64,000 nucleotides of DNA from Myxococcota bacterium (GCA_039028615.1 JBCCHT010000034.1:1-64000); one strand, 5' to 3'. Shown: positions 1 to 9,537, counted from the first letter of the stretch. Notes: generated from the letters alone by a model not told the origin. Program-made: numbers and translations.

Positions 1-73
1 CAAACGTGGTGTATCCACGTGCGCCTGTGCACTAGTTGAGTGGACATGCTGTGCTTTGCCAAACTCCCACACG

Positions 74-1744
74 CTAGCTACCAAAGGTGCGGCATAGGGC
101 GCAGCTTTCGCCGACCTGCACGTTGACGTAGAAGCCGGGCCAGGCGGGGTCGTAGATGTTCTTGGTCACCGCCACGCCGTTGACCCGCTCGTCGTCGAAG
201 TTCGGATGGACGAGCACCCCCATCGCCGACGCGAAGTGATCGATGCGATAGAACTCCCGCTCCTCGTAGGCCCGAAAATTCCACAGGCTCGCCCACACCT
301 GCTTGATTGACTTGACGATGTGGCCTTCGTCCGGCCGATGCGTATACGAGTCGTAGAGCCCCGCCCCGTTGAAGCCCTCGAGGTCTTCGTTGTTGGTGCT
401 CGAACGACACCGCGGGTTCGTGCCCGGCGGGAAGGCTTTGTGCATGGCATCGAGCGCGTCGGCGAGGTGACCGGGGACATCCGCCTTCTTGATCGCCTTG
501 CGCAGCTTCTTGAGCCGGTCTTCTCGTACGCTGGGATCGTCGGCGAAGCCCTCGGAGGCCAGCGTCTGTCGGGCCTGCTCGTACAGCCCCGTCTGTCGCA
601 TGAACTCGTCGTAGAACGAAAACGGCACGGCAAAGCCATCGGGCACCATCGTCGAGGGAAGCGCCTTGCGGAGCTCCGCGAGGTTGGCCGCCTTGGCCCC
701 GAAGGCGTTGAAGTCGTGGTGACCGATCTGGTCGAGCGGCACGATGGTCTTGCGCTCGAGGTCACGCTGCGGCGTCTGGGTTTGCGCGGGCCGAATCGAC
801 TCCAGGTGTTCGTGCACTTCTTCGGCACTCGCTGCGCGGAGTTCGATGTCGTCCGGGCGAACGGCGAAGTACACCTCTTTGCCGAGCAGCGGCACGACTC
901 GAGGGTCGGAGGCCGCCTCCCGGAGATACGCATTGGGCGTATCGTTCTGCTTGGCCTTGAGGTTGATGTGTGACAGCGGGGTTTGGGGTTCTTCGGTCAA
1001 CACCCCCGCCACGTGGGACAGGTCGTTGGGAATCGATCGGAAGATGACCACGTCCCGCGCGGTCGGCGGCCGGCGATCGCTCGCATCGACGACCCGCAGG
1101 ACGCCGTAGCCCTCGCCCAGGTTCAGGGGGCTGTAGCGCACGGAAGCAAAGAGGGTCTGCGTCTCGACGACCCGCACCCCGGCTGCGGGCAGCACATCGG
1201 GGTCTTGGCTCACGATGTCCTGCTGCGACTGCCCGGCGGGGTGATAGGCCAGCGTGCCCTCGACCATCGGCATGCCACGCAGCACCAGATTCCACGCGAG
1301 CACCACGTGCTCGAGCGAGACCGGATCGGTGGGCCAGAACTCGAGGGTGTACAGCCCTCGTTCACCCCCCTCGCCCTCGAACGAATCGTGAGCGAGCAAT
1401 GACCCGGCCAAGTATCGACGCGAGTCGGTGAAATAGGTCTGACTATTGAACTCACCCAATTCCATCGAGACGCCCAGTGCCCCGAAGGCAAAGTCATAGT
1501 GATACGCGTATCGATTGGTATCCATGAACCACAGTTTCGGTTCGGTGCCGATCCCCTCGATGAGTATCTTGACTTCGCGAACGCCCAGCGCTCCCGGCAC
1601 GTCGTCGCGACGAGCCAGAGACTCGAAGGTCTCGCGGTCAGCGATGGTGTCTCGACCTCCTTCGGGGTCTTCTGGCGGTCTCGTCCCCGGTGAATTCGAC
1701 CCACTGCCCCCACCCGCGTTCTGCTGAACGGGCACCGGAGGCAT
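74..1744 (-). CDS. PEP/pyruvate-binding (PPDK/PEP-synthase N-terminal ATP-grasp) domain protein, apparently truncated at the C-terminus; start uncertain (ORF extends to 1885)
   Basis: Motifs FGAKAANLAEL, VPDGFAVPF, RCRSSTNNEDLEGFNGAGLYDS and KQVWASLW. The protein ends shortly after YVNVQVGES in atypical sequence. Confidence 0.8.
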   Translation of the reverse strand: MPPVPVQQNAGGGSGSNSPGTRPPEDPEGGRDTIADRETFESLARRDDVPGALGVREVKILIEGIGTEPKLWFMDTNRYAYHYDFAFGALGVSMELGEFNSQTYFTDSRRYLAGSLLAHDSFEGEGGERGLYTLEFWPTDPVSLEHVVLAWNLVLRGMPMVEGTLAYHPAGQSQQDIVSQDPDVLPAAGVRVVETQTLFASVRYSPLNLGEGYGVLRVVDASDRRPPTARDVVIFRSIPNDLSHVAGVLTEEPQTPLSHINLKAKQNDTPNAYLREAASDPRVVPLLGKEVYFAVRPDDIELRAASAEEVHEHLESIRPAQTQTPQRDLERKTIVPLDQIGHHDFNAFGAKAANLAELRKALPSTMVPDGFAVPFSFYDEFMRQTGLYEQARQTLASEGFADDPSVREDRLKKLRKAIKKADVPGHLADALDAMHKAFPPGTNPRCRSSTNNEDLEGFNGAGLYDSYTHRPDEGHIVKSIKQVWASLWNFRAYEEREFYRIDHFASAMGVLVHPNFDDERVNGVAVTKNIYDPAWPGFYVNVQVGESCALCRTFGS

Positions 1745-1972
1745 GGGGGCGAAGGGCAACCGGGGGTGAGGACACATCGCAACCCACTCTACACGACACG
1801 TCCCTCGCAGCTCGGCCACCGTGCCAGATCGAAACTCCTGCCGATCTCTCCACTCATCATCCTGCCACCGAGGGATGGATGGCACCGGGGCGAAGAGCGC
1901 GACCGAAGTCGTGCGAATTCAAGCCGGCGGTGGAAAGCAGTTTAGGCCGCCCTCGCGGGCTGGATCCAAACC

Positions 1973-1992
1973 TGTCTCACGTAGGTGAGACA
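1973..1992. promoter_or_regulatory. Palindrome TGTCTCAC-N4-GTGAGACA, candidate transcription-factor site upstream of the CIS operon
   Basis: Perfect 8-bp inverted arms in the divergent intergenic region. Confidence 0.4.
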
Positions 1993-2104
1993 CTGACGGA
2001 GCTAGAGTTCCGCTCATCTCCTCGCGATAGACACGACGGCTCGCACACGGGATTGGCCCCGGGCGCGACACCGCCAGTCCCCGGCGTTTTAAGCGGCGGG
2101 TCTT

Positions 2105-2120
2105 TGCACCCATGGGTGCA
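2105..2120. promoter_or_regulatory. Perfect 16-bp palindrome TGCACCCATGGGTGCA, candidate operator
   Basis: Seen directly, about 75 bp upstream of the sheath ATG. Confidence 0.35.
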
Positions 2121-2194
2121 CCCACTCCTCACTCGAGGTGTCCAGCCGCGACCGGTTTGGATTCGGTCGCATTGGTCAGAGCGGATCACGAAAC

Positions 2195-3844
2195 ATGACA
2201 AGGATCATTCCCGGAGTTCAAATCACCGTCGTCAAGGAGGTGGTACCGCCTCAGCTCGCGCCGTCGGGCATCTTCGGTCTCGTCGGATTGGTGGCCCCCG
2301 CACGCGAGGGCACGATCCGACAACCCGTGGAGCGCGTGGGTAGCTGGGCCCGCTTCCGCGAGCTGTACGGCCGCGGCACGGCCCGGGTGATGCCCGAAGC
2401 GCAGCAGGCCTTCCAAAACGGCATCTTCGAGCTGGTGGTCGTCGACCTCGAGTCGGCCGTCGCCGACGCGGCCTCGGTCACGCTCGACTCCGGGGGCGCC
2501 TATCTGTCCTTCAGCGCCCGTGCAGCGGGTACTCGCCCCAACGGCCTCGAGCTGTCCCTCGCCAACTTGGGCAACGGGTACGAGCTGCGGCTTCGCGAAG
2601 GGGGAGACGACATCGAGGTCTACCGCAACCTCTCGGTGCTCCCCGGCGACTCGAGCTACATCGGCCGCGTCCTCGACGGCAGCGACTCCGAGGTCCAGCT
2701 CGATGCGCCCACCGTCGCGTATACCGACTTCTCCGGGGCCGGAGCCACCGTCGCGGCCGGCGGGACCCAGCAGCTGGCCACGGTCGCGACCGCAGCCGTA
2801 CTCACCGTCAGCGTCGCCTCGGGCGCGGCCTCGTCCCTGGTGATCACCGAAGTCGCGATCGGTGGGGACACCAACATTCGCTTCACCTACGACGGCAACA
2901 CGCTCTTCGATCTCGACACCACGAGCGATACGCCCTTCGATGGCTTCCGCACCGCCATCGAGGCGATCGACGAGCTGTCGGTCTCGACTACGCGCCCGGA
3001 TGCATCGGGCACGCTCGCGGGTGGCGTCGATGCGTCGACGGCCGAGTACGTCGATGCCCTCACGCTGCTCGAGGACGTCGCCGACGTCGACCTCGTGTCC
3101 GTGGCCCTGCAGGATCATGGCGACGTCGACAACGATCGAGCCACCACGATCTACAGCGCCATCATCTCTCACTGTCAGCAGATGAGCGGAGAGGCGATGG
3201 GCCGCATCGGCTTCGGGCAAGTCTCGCCCGCCGCTCCCGCTCCCGCCGGGGCAGGCGACACCGATCTGCTCGACACCAACATGGCGGACCTGCTCCGCAG
3301 CGATCGCTTCGTGCTCCTGGCCCCCTACGGCGCGCTGGGAGCCACCGTCGGGCGAATTGGCGGGCTCACCTACTACCTGTCACCGACCTTCAAGACCCTC
3401 AGCGGCCTCGGCGATTTCCAGCCGGCCCTGCGCGTCGAACAGCAGCGCGCGTACCTGCAGCAGAACATGGTGCCCATCGCCCAGGTCCCGGGTCGCGGAG
3501 TCGCGGTGGTTCGCGGGCTGACCACCGATGGCGACCAGATCAACGTGCGGCGCATCGCCGACCGGGCGGTTCGCGGCGTCCGACTCATCGGCGAGCTGTT
3601 CATCGGCAAGCTCAATACTGAAGACGGTCGCAACGCCCTGAAGCAGAAGCTCACCGAGTTCCTGCTGCAGATGCAGTCCGAGAACGCGATCGTGCCCTCC
3701 ACCGACGGCAGCGATCCCGCCTTCCAGCTCGACGTCTACAGCACCCAAGCCGACTTCGCCCAAGGCATCGTTCGCATCGATCTCGCCGTGCGACCGGTTC
3801 GAGCCATCGACTTCATCTACGCCACCGTCCTCGTGCAGGTCTGA
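2195..3844 (+). CDS. Contractile tail sheath protein (549 aa)
   Basis: N-terminal IIPGVQITVVKE and SWARFRELYG. C-terminal sheath signature QINVRRIAD...FIGKLNTEDGRNAL...VRIDLAVRPVRAIDFIYATV. Confidence 0.93.
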   Translation: MTRIIPGVQITVVKEVVPPQLAPSGIFGLVGLVAPAREGTIRQPVERVGSWARFRELYGRGTARVMPEAQQAFQNGIFELVVVDLESAVADAASVTLDSGGAYLSFSARAAGTRPNGLELSLANLGNGYELRLREGGDDIEVYRNLSVLPGDSSYIGRVLDGSDSEVQLDAPTVAYTDFSGAGATVAAGGTQQLATVATAAVLTVSVASGAASSLVITEVAIGGDTNIRFTYDGNTLFDLDTTSDTPFDGFRTAIEAIDELSVSTTRPDASGTLAGGVDASTAEYVDALTLLEDVADVDLVSVALQDHGDVDNDRATTIYSAIISHCQQMSGEAMGRIGFGQVSPAAPAPAGAGDTDLLDTNMADLLRSDRFVLLAPYGALGATVGRIGGLTYYLSPTFKTLSGLGDFQPALRVEQQRAYLQQNMVPIAQVPGRGVAVVRGLTTDGDQINVRRIADRAVRGVRLIGELFIGKLNTEDGRNALKQKLTEFLLQMQSENAIVPSTDGSDPAFQLDVYSTQADFAQGIVRIDLAVRPVRAIDFIYATVLVQV

Positions 3845-3877
3845 AGCCCGGGTCCCCAACTACCAAGGTAAACGAAG

Positions 3878-4270
3878 ATGCCTACCGTACTGTCAGCCAA
3901 TCACAGCAGCCTGCTGGTCGATGGTGATCCCGTCGAGGGAGTCCAGTCCATCGCCTTCCGCGTGGTCACCGAGCGCGAGGACATTCGCGCCATCGGTGCC
4001 GACGAGCGTGTCGACGTCAGCTTCGGCCTTCGTACCGTGCAGGGTGAAGTCATCGTGCGCTCCACCGCGATCGTGCTCGACGACAAGCTCGCGACCCGCA
4101 CCGGCTTCAACATGGTCGCCGCGCTCAAGAAGGGCCCGGGTGCCGACGACACGCAGCGGAGCTTCGCCTTCGACGATTGTTACATCGAGAGCAAGTCGCT
4201 GGGCATGAGCGCAGGCGGGACGGCGGAGACGACCTACGTCTTCACCGCCACCCGCGTCCGAGAAGAGTAG
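3878..4270 (+). CDS. Tail tube protein (130 aa)
   Basis: Directly after the sheath gene, with the size and beta-strand pattern of a tube (VEGVQSIAF...GEVIV...FDDCYIESKS...YVFTATRV). Confidence 0.8.
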   Translation: MPTVLSANHSSLLVDGDPVEGVQSIAFRVVTEREDIRAIGADERVDVSFGLRTVQGEVIVRSTAIVLDDKLATRTGFNMVAALKKGPGADDTQRSFAFDDCYIESKSLGMSAGGTAETTYVFTATRVREE

Positions 4271-4288
4271 CCCTTCCATCGGAGCATC

Positions 4289-5119
4289 GTGATGAACGAC
4301 GTGGAGATCGACGGCCGCCCTTACGCGGTGGCACTCGGCGAAGGGGGCCAACCCCTGCGCGCGAGAGTCGACGACGGGGAATTCGAGTTCCCCGCGTGGA
4401 CCTGGGGCGATCACCGTGACGCACTGCGTCGTCATCTCGATGTCGTCGACGGGCAGCTGGTCTTGGACGAAGCGGGCTATGCCCGGCGAGTCCTGGCCCG
4501 AGCCGAGGTCGCCGATGAACACCACGCGCGACTCGTTCCGCTGGCCCTGTGGTGGGCCGCCGGAGCGGGCTCCGTGGTCAGTCCGCGGCCGGTCCCGAAC
4601 GAGTGGCTCGATCTCGGTCGAGGGGTGCGAGCCAAGGTCCGTGCCTGGAGCTTCCGCGAGCGCATGGTGGTGCTCCGCGAATGCCTCGAGTACCGAGCAG
4701 AGGAGCCGTTCATCGATCCGCTGGTGCTCGTGGAGCGCCTGCTCAGCGATGGTGTGCTGGCGCTGGAGGACGACGGCGAGGAGCGAATCGACGACCTCGA
4801 TGGACTCGATGCCGTCGTGGTGCATGCCCTGCTCGCGGCGTTGACCGAGTACAGCATGCCGGGGGCGAACGCGGTCGACGATGCGTTGCTCGACGATCCG
4901 GTGCTCGCGTCCCAGGTCCTTCGTGTGTGCCGGGCAATGGGATGGACTCCGTCTCGCGTGCTCGAGGCTCCGGCCGGTGAGATCGATGCCCTCGTGGCGT
5001 TGCTCGGGCCACAGGAAGCTCCCGCCAGAACGCTGAGACGTGCACCCGCTCGTTCTCGTCGGCTCCACGACCAGCCCGATGCCATGGTGTTGGTCTTCGG
5101 GGAAAGCGGGGGGCCATGA
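4289..5119 (+). CDS. Putative tail assembly chaperone-like protein with an internal duplication and a C-terminal GWTPSxVL motif
   Basis: Follows the tube gene. C-terminal VCRAMGWTPSRVLEAPAGEID resembles the chaperone-extension (gpT/GpE-type) peptides of tailed systems. Confidence 0.45.
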   Translation: MMNDVEIDGRPYAVALGEGGQPLRARVDDGEFEFPAWTWGDHRDALRRHLDVVDGQLVLDEAGYARRVLARAEVADEHHARLVPLALWWAAGAGSVVSPRPVPNEWLDLGRGVRAKVRAWSFRERMVVLRECLEYRAEEPFIDPLVLVERLLSDGVLALEDDGEERIDDLDGLDAVVVHALLAALTEYSMPGANAVDDALLDDPVLASQVLRVCRAMGWTPSRVLEAPAGEIDALVALLGPQEAPARTLRRAPARSRRLHDQPDAMVLVFGESGGP

Positions 5120-6540
5120 GCCGGCAGTGGTCGACTCGAGAGCTGGTGGGAGTGCTGCTCCAGCCGGTGGAGCGCGCGCTTCATACTGCTTGCGCGGCGC
5201 TCGATCTCGAAATCGTGGCGGATGGTGGTGATGAGGCGGGCGAGCAATGGTCGATGGCTTCCGAGCATCGAGCGAGCGAGCCCGAGATCCGACCGCACGC
5301 ATCCGACTCGGTCGACCTCGTCGGTCCGCCTTCGACACGAAGTGCGGCACCACGAGATGTAGAGACCTCCGCGCCAACCAATCTGCGATCCGATCCGGCC
5401 GCCGCAGCTTCGCCTTCGGACCGTGGAGTGCGGGACCGTGTCGCCTCCGCATCGGCGGCTCTCCCTCCGCTGGCCCGCGCTGGCTCGGACGAAACGACTT
5501 CGCACACTACGAGACCGACGAACGGCCGGCTCCGCCTGCGGCCAAGCCGGCCTCGACTGAACGCCAGCGAACGATCGCCTGCTCGCCCCGGCTCGCCGAC
5601 GACCGAGCCGGCCTCGTCGTCCTCTGCCCCCTCCGCCGCTGCCACTTCGGCGGCCCCCGTATCGCCTCCGGCTTCAGTTTCTGGTTCTCCTTCGATCGAT
5701 GTCTCTGCTCCTGCGCCGTCGCGCCGCGCCCCAACGCTTCGACTCCGACCGCGAGCGACGCGAAATGAGCCGCCTCTCGAAGACCGCCCCACTCCGACCA
5801 CTACGGCGTCGCTCACCTCCTCGAATACGCATGTTTCTTCGCCCCCTCCCGCGACATCGCCCTCTCCCCCGCCTTCGCTTCCGAGTGGAGCGTCGAGCTC
5901 CGCGGTTCACGGCCCCGGCTCGACCACAACGGCTTCCGCTCCCGCGCGGCCAACGGAAAGTCCCACGACCAACCGCGCCGCTTCGCAGCCCACACTCGCC
6001 CCCCCGTCAGCCATCACTGCCGATGCCGCCGCGTTGCTGGCCACCAATCCCCTCCCGCCCTCGACCAGTGCTCATGCGCCCCAGTCGTCGAGGGCACCCC
6101 ATCGAGTCGAACTTCCGGGCGTGACGCCATCGAGCCCGACCCCGCAACCGTTGCTCATCCCTCTTCGGCCGCGCACGCAGACCACGTCGGCCCCGGCATC
6201 GTCCATCACCGATTCCGCTGCCCCGACGAGTACGTCAGCCGACTCCGCGCGCACGGAGGAGTCGTTGTCGCACGGTGGGTCGCGACCACTCGGTGGCTCG
6301 GCGTCACTCGGGAACGACCGGCCATCGTTCAACCGGACTCCCCCGCCGCAACGCCTGCCCCTGCCCTCGACGAGACCTTCGAGTTCGAACGCAGGCCCCC
6401 CGCTCGGCGCGACCGAAGGCACCTCGGCGGCGAGACCCGCCCCACCATCGTTTCCCGTCCTCGAGCCCGACCCCATCGAAGAGCACACGCTCACCGAGGT
6501 TCTTGCACGCGCCGCTCGGCGCCATGGGATCGAGATCTAG
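5116..6540 (+). CDS. Pro/Ser/Thr-rich disordered protein in the tape-measure position
   Basis: ATGA overlap with the upstream gene. Low-complexity core with short ordered termini (C-terminal LTEVLARAARRHGIEI). Confidence 0.6.
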   Translation: MSRQWSTRELVGVLLQPVERALHTACAALDLEIVADGGDEAGEQWSMASEHRASEPEIRPHASDSVDLVGPPSTRSAAPRDVETSAPTNLRSDPAAAASPSDRGVRDRVASASAALPPLARAGSDETTSHTTRPTNGRLRLRPSRPRLNASERSPARPGSPTTEPASSSSAPSAAATSAAPVSPPASVSGSPSIDVSAPAPSRRAPTLRLRPRATRNEPPLEDRPTPTTTASLTSSNTHVSSPPPATSPSPPPSLPSGASSSAVHGPGSTTTASAPARPTESPTTNRAASQPTLAPPSAITADAAALLATNPLPPSTSAHAPQSSRAPHRVELPGVTPSSPTPQPLLIPLRPRTQTTSAPASSITDSAAPTSTSADSARTEESLSHGGSRPLGGSASLGNDRPSFNRTPPPQRLPLPSTRPSSSNAGPPLGATEGTSAARPAPPSFPVLEPDPIEEHTLTEVLARAARRHGIEI

Positions 6541-6546
6541 TTCGCC

Positions 6547-7581
6547 ATGAGAATCTCCTACACGATATCGATCGGAGGCACGACCGTCTCCGACGACTCC
6601 ACCGCCGGCGGACCACCCCTGGTCATGCTCCGGGTCGGCCGCGGCATCGGAGGCTCGGGTGGACGAGCTCGCATCGAGGTCGGCCATGTCGGCACGGGCA
6701 CGACGGCCCCCGGCGATGCGATTCAGATCGAGCTCGACGCGGGCGGTGGTTCTCAGACCGTCTTCACCGGCGAAGTCGAGACGGTTCGCCAAGGCGTTCG
6801 CAGCACGATCATCGAAGGTCGCGATGGCCTCGCGCGCCTGGCCGACCACGAGGTCGAGCGCGGGTACGAAGAGGTCTCGGCCGGCTTCATCGTCAAGGAC
6901 CTCGTCGACGCCGCGGGCTCGCAGCCCGGCGAGATCGAAGAAGGGCCGACCTTCCCTCGCTATGTCGTGCACGGCGGCTCCCGGCTCCTGCGGCACGCCC
7001 AGAAGCTGGCCGACCTCATCGGCGCGGAGCTGTTCACCGACGGCGATGGCAAGATTTGCTTCGCCCGCCCCGCCGACGCTGGCGCCAGCCATACCTTGCG
7101 CTGGGGAGAACACCTGCTGCGCGTCGACCTCGAGCGGGAGCCGCTGCACTCCGACTCGCTCGCGGTATGGGGCGAGGGCTCGGCGGGCACCGATGGCGCC
7201 GACAAGGAACACTGGCTCACCACCGATCTGTCCGGCGTATCCGGCGAGGCCAACGTCTCGGAGTCGGCCGGCCAGCGCTCGGTCACCCCGAAGAGCCTCG
7301 GCGATAGACCGCGGACGCTGATCGACGGCAGCGTGCGGTCGGTCGACGTCGCGGACGAAATCGCCGAAGCCCACATGCAACGCCTGGCTCTTCGCCCCGT
7401 GCGCGGGGCCGTCGTGACCCTGGGCCTCCCCGAAGCCGCCCCGGGTCAGTGGATCGAGCTCTCCGACCTCCCCGCGCTGAGCCACCCGAGTGCCAGCGCC
7501 ACGCCGGTCAAGCTTCGGATTCGACACTTCGTCCACCACCTCTCGCCAGGCGAAGGCCTGCTGACCGAGCTGAGGTTCTAG
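6547..7581 (+). CDS. Baseplate hub (phage late control D / Mu gp44 / T4 gp27-like)
   Basis: GDAIQIELDAGG..VFTGEVETV, IEGRDGLARL, SAGFIVKDLV, LADLIGAELFTDGDGKICF and terminal HHLSPGEGLLTELRF. Confidence 0.85.
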   Translation: MRISYTISIGGTTVSDDSTAGGPPLVMLRVGRGIGGSGGRARIEVGHVGTGTTAPGDAIQIELDAGGGSQTVFTGEVETVRQGVRSTIIEGRDGLARLADHEVERGYEEVSAGFIVKDLVDAAGSQPGEIEEGPTFPRYVVHGGSRLLRHAQKLADLIGAELFTDGDGKICFARPADAGASHTLRWGEHLLRVDLEREPLHSDSLAVWGEGSAGTDGADKEHWLTTDLSGVSGEANVSESAGQRSVTPKSLGDRPRTLIDGSVRSVDVADEIAEAHMQRLALRPVRGAVVTLGLPEAAPGQWIELSDLPALSHPSASATPVKLRIRHFVHHLSPGEGLLTELRF

Positions 7582-7584
7582 GTC

Positions 7585-8472
7585 ATGACCATCGAGCTCG
7601 GGGACATTGCGCTCACTCGCTTGCAAGAGGTCTCGGTCGACGAAGACCGAAGCTTCGTCGAGTTCCGTATGCCCGGCGCGGCCGGGAGCGTGTTTCAAGA
7701 TCTGGGGCGTGGCGCGCTACGACTGCTTTTGCGCGGGGTCTTGCTCGGCGAGCAAGCCCTGCGAGACATCGAGGTGCTGCGCACCGCTCACGCCGACGCC
7801 ACCGCGCTCGCGTTCTCCGGGGACATCGCCGTCGGGAGCGAGATCACCGACGTCATCATCGAAGAGTTCGAGGTCCAGCAGGTCCCCGGTCACGCCTTCC
7901 GCTACGAGTACCTGCTGCGCGTGCGGGAGTGGACCGAGCCTCCCGCCGCCCCCGGGTCCGATCTCGCCGCCGTGGACGACGAGGTGGGACAGGATGCCGA
8001 CCAGTGGGCGTCCGAGAGCGAGGCCATCGCGGCGGGCCTCGATGACCCCGGAGCACTGGCCGACTCGCTCGACGACAACCCCGGGCTGCTCGCGCGGATC
8101 GATCTGGCCGAGCTCGCCCAGGGTCTCATCGGCGCGCTCGGAGGCTTGGATGCCGCAGACTTCGCCCACCTGCTCGCGTCGATCAGTGACGTCGATCCCG
8201 ACGCGGTGATCGGCCTCATCGAGGCACTCGGCGAAGCCGACAGCCTCCAGGACTTCTTCGAAATCCTCACCGACGAAGGGATCAACGTCCTCGAGCAGCT
8301 CACTGGCATCGACCTGAGCGAGGTCTCCGACATCGCCCAGGCGTTCTTGGGCAGCATCGACTACGTCGATCGGGTCAGCGACGTGGTGTCCGCCGCTCAG
8401 GCGCTCTTCGACGACCTGTCCGCCTTCAACCCGGCCGGCACCTTCGCCGCCATCGAAGGGGGTGCCCCATGA
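7585..8472 (+). CDS. Tube-initiator-like protein (Mu gp43 'DNA circularization' N-terminal / P2 gpU-like) with an acidic helical C-terminal half
   Basis: FVEFRMPGAAGSVFQDLGRGALRLLLRGVL...YEYLLRVREW, then a D/E/L/A-rich helical region. Confidence 0.65.
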   Translation: MTIELGDIALTRLQEVSVDEDRSFVEFRMPGAAGSVFQDLGRGALRLLLRGVLLGEQALRDIEVLRTAHADATALAFSGDIAVGSEITDVIIEEFEVQQVPGHAFRYEYLLRVREWTEPPAAPGSDLAAVDDEVGQDADQWASESEAIAAGLDDPGALADSLDDNPGLLARIDLAELAQGLIGALGGLDAADFAHLLASISDVDPDAVIGLIEALGEADSLQDFFEILTDEGINVLEQLTGIDLSEVSDIAQAFLGSIDYVDRVSDVVSAAQALFDDLSAFNPAGTFAAIEGGAP

Positions 8473-8981
8473 TGGTGACGGCCGGCGACATCGTGGAGCG
8501 CACGGGCGAGCTGTTCGACTCGGTCGCAGCGTTACTCACCGCCACCAATGATCTGGGACTGCCCGAGCTCGCCGCGCAGCTCGGGGTCGCACCCACGGCG
8601 GCGGAGCTCACTCGCGACCTCGTGGGCCTGCTGGAGTCCATCACTCCGCAGCTCGAGATCCTCGTGAACCTCGGCCGGCTCGGTGCGCTCTTCGGCCTCA
8701 TCGAGCCGATGGTCGAAGCCCTCGGTGGCCTCTTCGCCGACTCGGGCCGCAACCTCGCCGACCTCGGCCTCGACCAGGCGCTCGTCATCACCGAGCCGAT
8801 GGCGACCGGATTCGAATACCTCGAGGCCACCGCGGCGATGGGAGCCACCTTGATCGTCGAGCCCACGCAGCTCGATGAGCTCCGCGACGGCTTGGCCGAC
8901 ACCATCGCCGCACTGGCTGCCCTCGCCGACGACTTCGAACAAGCGGCGGCCGAGGCATCCGAGCAGGAGGCGAGTCCCTGA
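8469..8981 (+). CDS. Acidic amphipathic helical protein, CIS-associated (paralog 1)
   Basis: Coupled ORF rich in L/A/E/D; shares a C-terminal motif with the next two ORFs. Confidence 0.7.
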   Translation: MMVTAGDIVERTGELFDSVAALLTATNDLGLPELAAQLGVAPTAAELTRDLVGLLESITPQLEILVNLGRLGALFGLIEPMVEALGGLFADSGRNLADLGLDQALVITEPMATGFEYLEATAAMGATLIVEPTQLDELRDGLADTIAALAALADDFEQAAAEASEQEASP

Positions 8982-9514
8982 TGCCTCCGTCCGTCGACTC
9001 TCTATTTCCCACGGTCATCGCCGGGCTCGAGCGCTTCCGTGATCGTGTCACCGGGGACGATGGCAGCTATCGCGTCGCGCTCTTGGCTCCCGGCCAAGCC
9101 AGCGCCGTGCTGTCGATCGCCATCGACATTCTCGACCTCGTCTACGACCTGCTCAGCCGCCTCCGCGATGGCCTCGCCGACTTCTCGGAGCGCCTGGTGT
9201 CCATCGACGCCGTCGTCGCGATGGTCGAGACGGTCGGCTCACTCCTCGAAGGGCTCGGCGAGGTCCTCGACCCCGCGACGCTACCGCTGCCCATCCCCGG
9301 CCTGGCCGAGGCACAAGGAGGTGCGGCGGACGGTTTCGGCGAGGTCGGTGAGCTGCTCGCCAATGCCCCGGCCATCGATGTGCTGCCGGGGCCCGAGACC
9401 TTCAGCGCCTTAGAAAATGTTCTCCGTGATCTCGTCGGCCCGGTCGACGAGGAGTACCCCGAGGCCGATGCCCTCGGCCAACTACTGACCCAGCTACATG
9501 GCGGAAGCGCGTAG
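8981..9514 (+). CDS. Acidic amphipathic helical protein, CIS-associated (paralog 2)
   Basis: TGATG coupling; motif VLPGPETFSALENVLRDLV. Confidence 0.7.
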   Translation: MPPSVDSLFPTVIAGLERFRDRVTGDDGSYRVALLAPGQASAVLSIAIDILDLVYDLLSRLRDGLADFSERLVSIDAVVAMVETVGSLLEGLGEVLDPATLPLPIPGLAEAQGGAADGFGEVGELLANAPAIDVLPGPETFSALENVLRDLVGPVDEEYPEADALGQLLTQLHGGSA

Positions 9515-9537
9515 TAGCACCTGAGGAGCAATCCATC

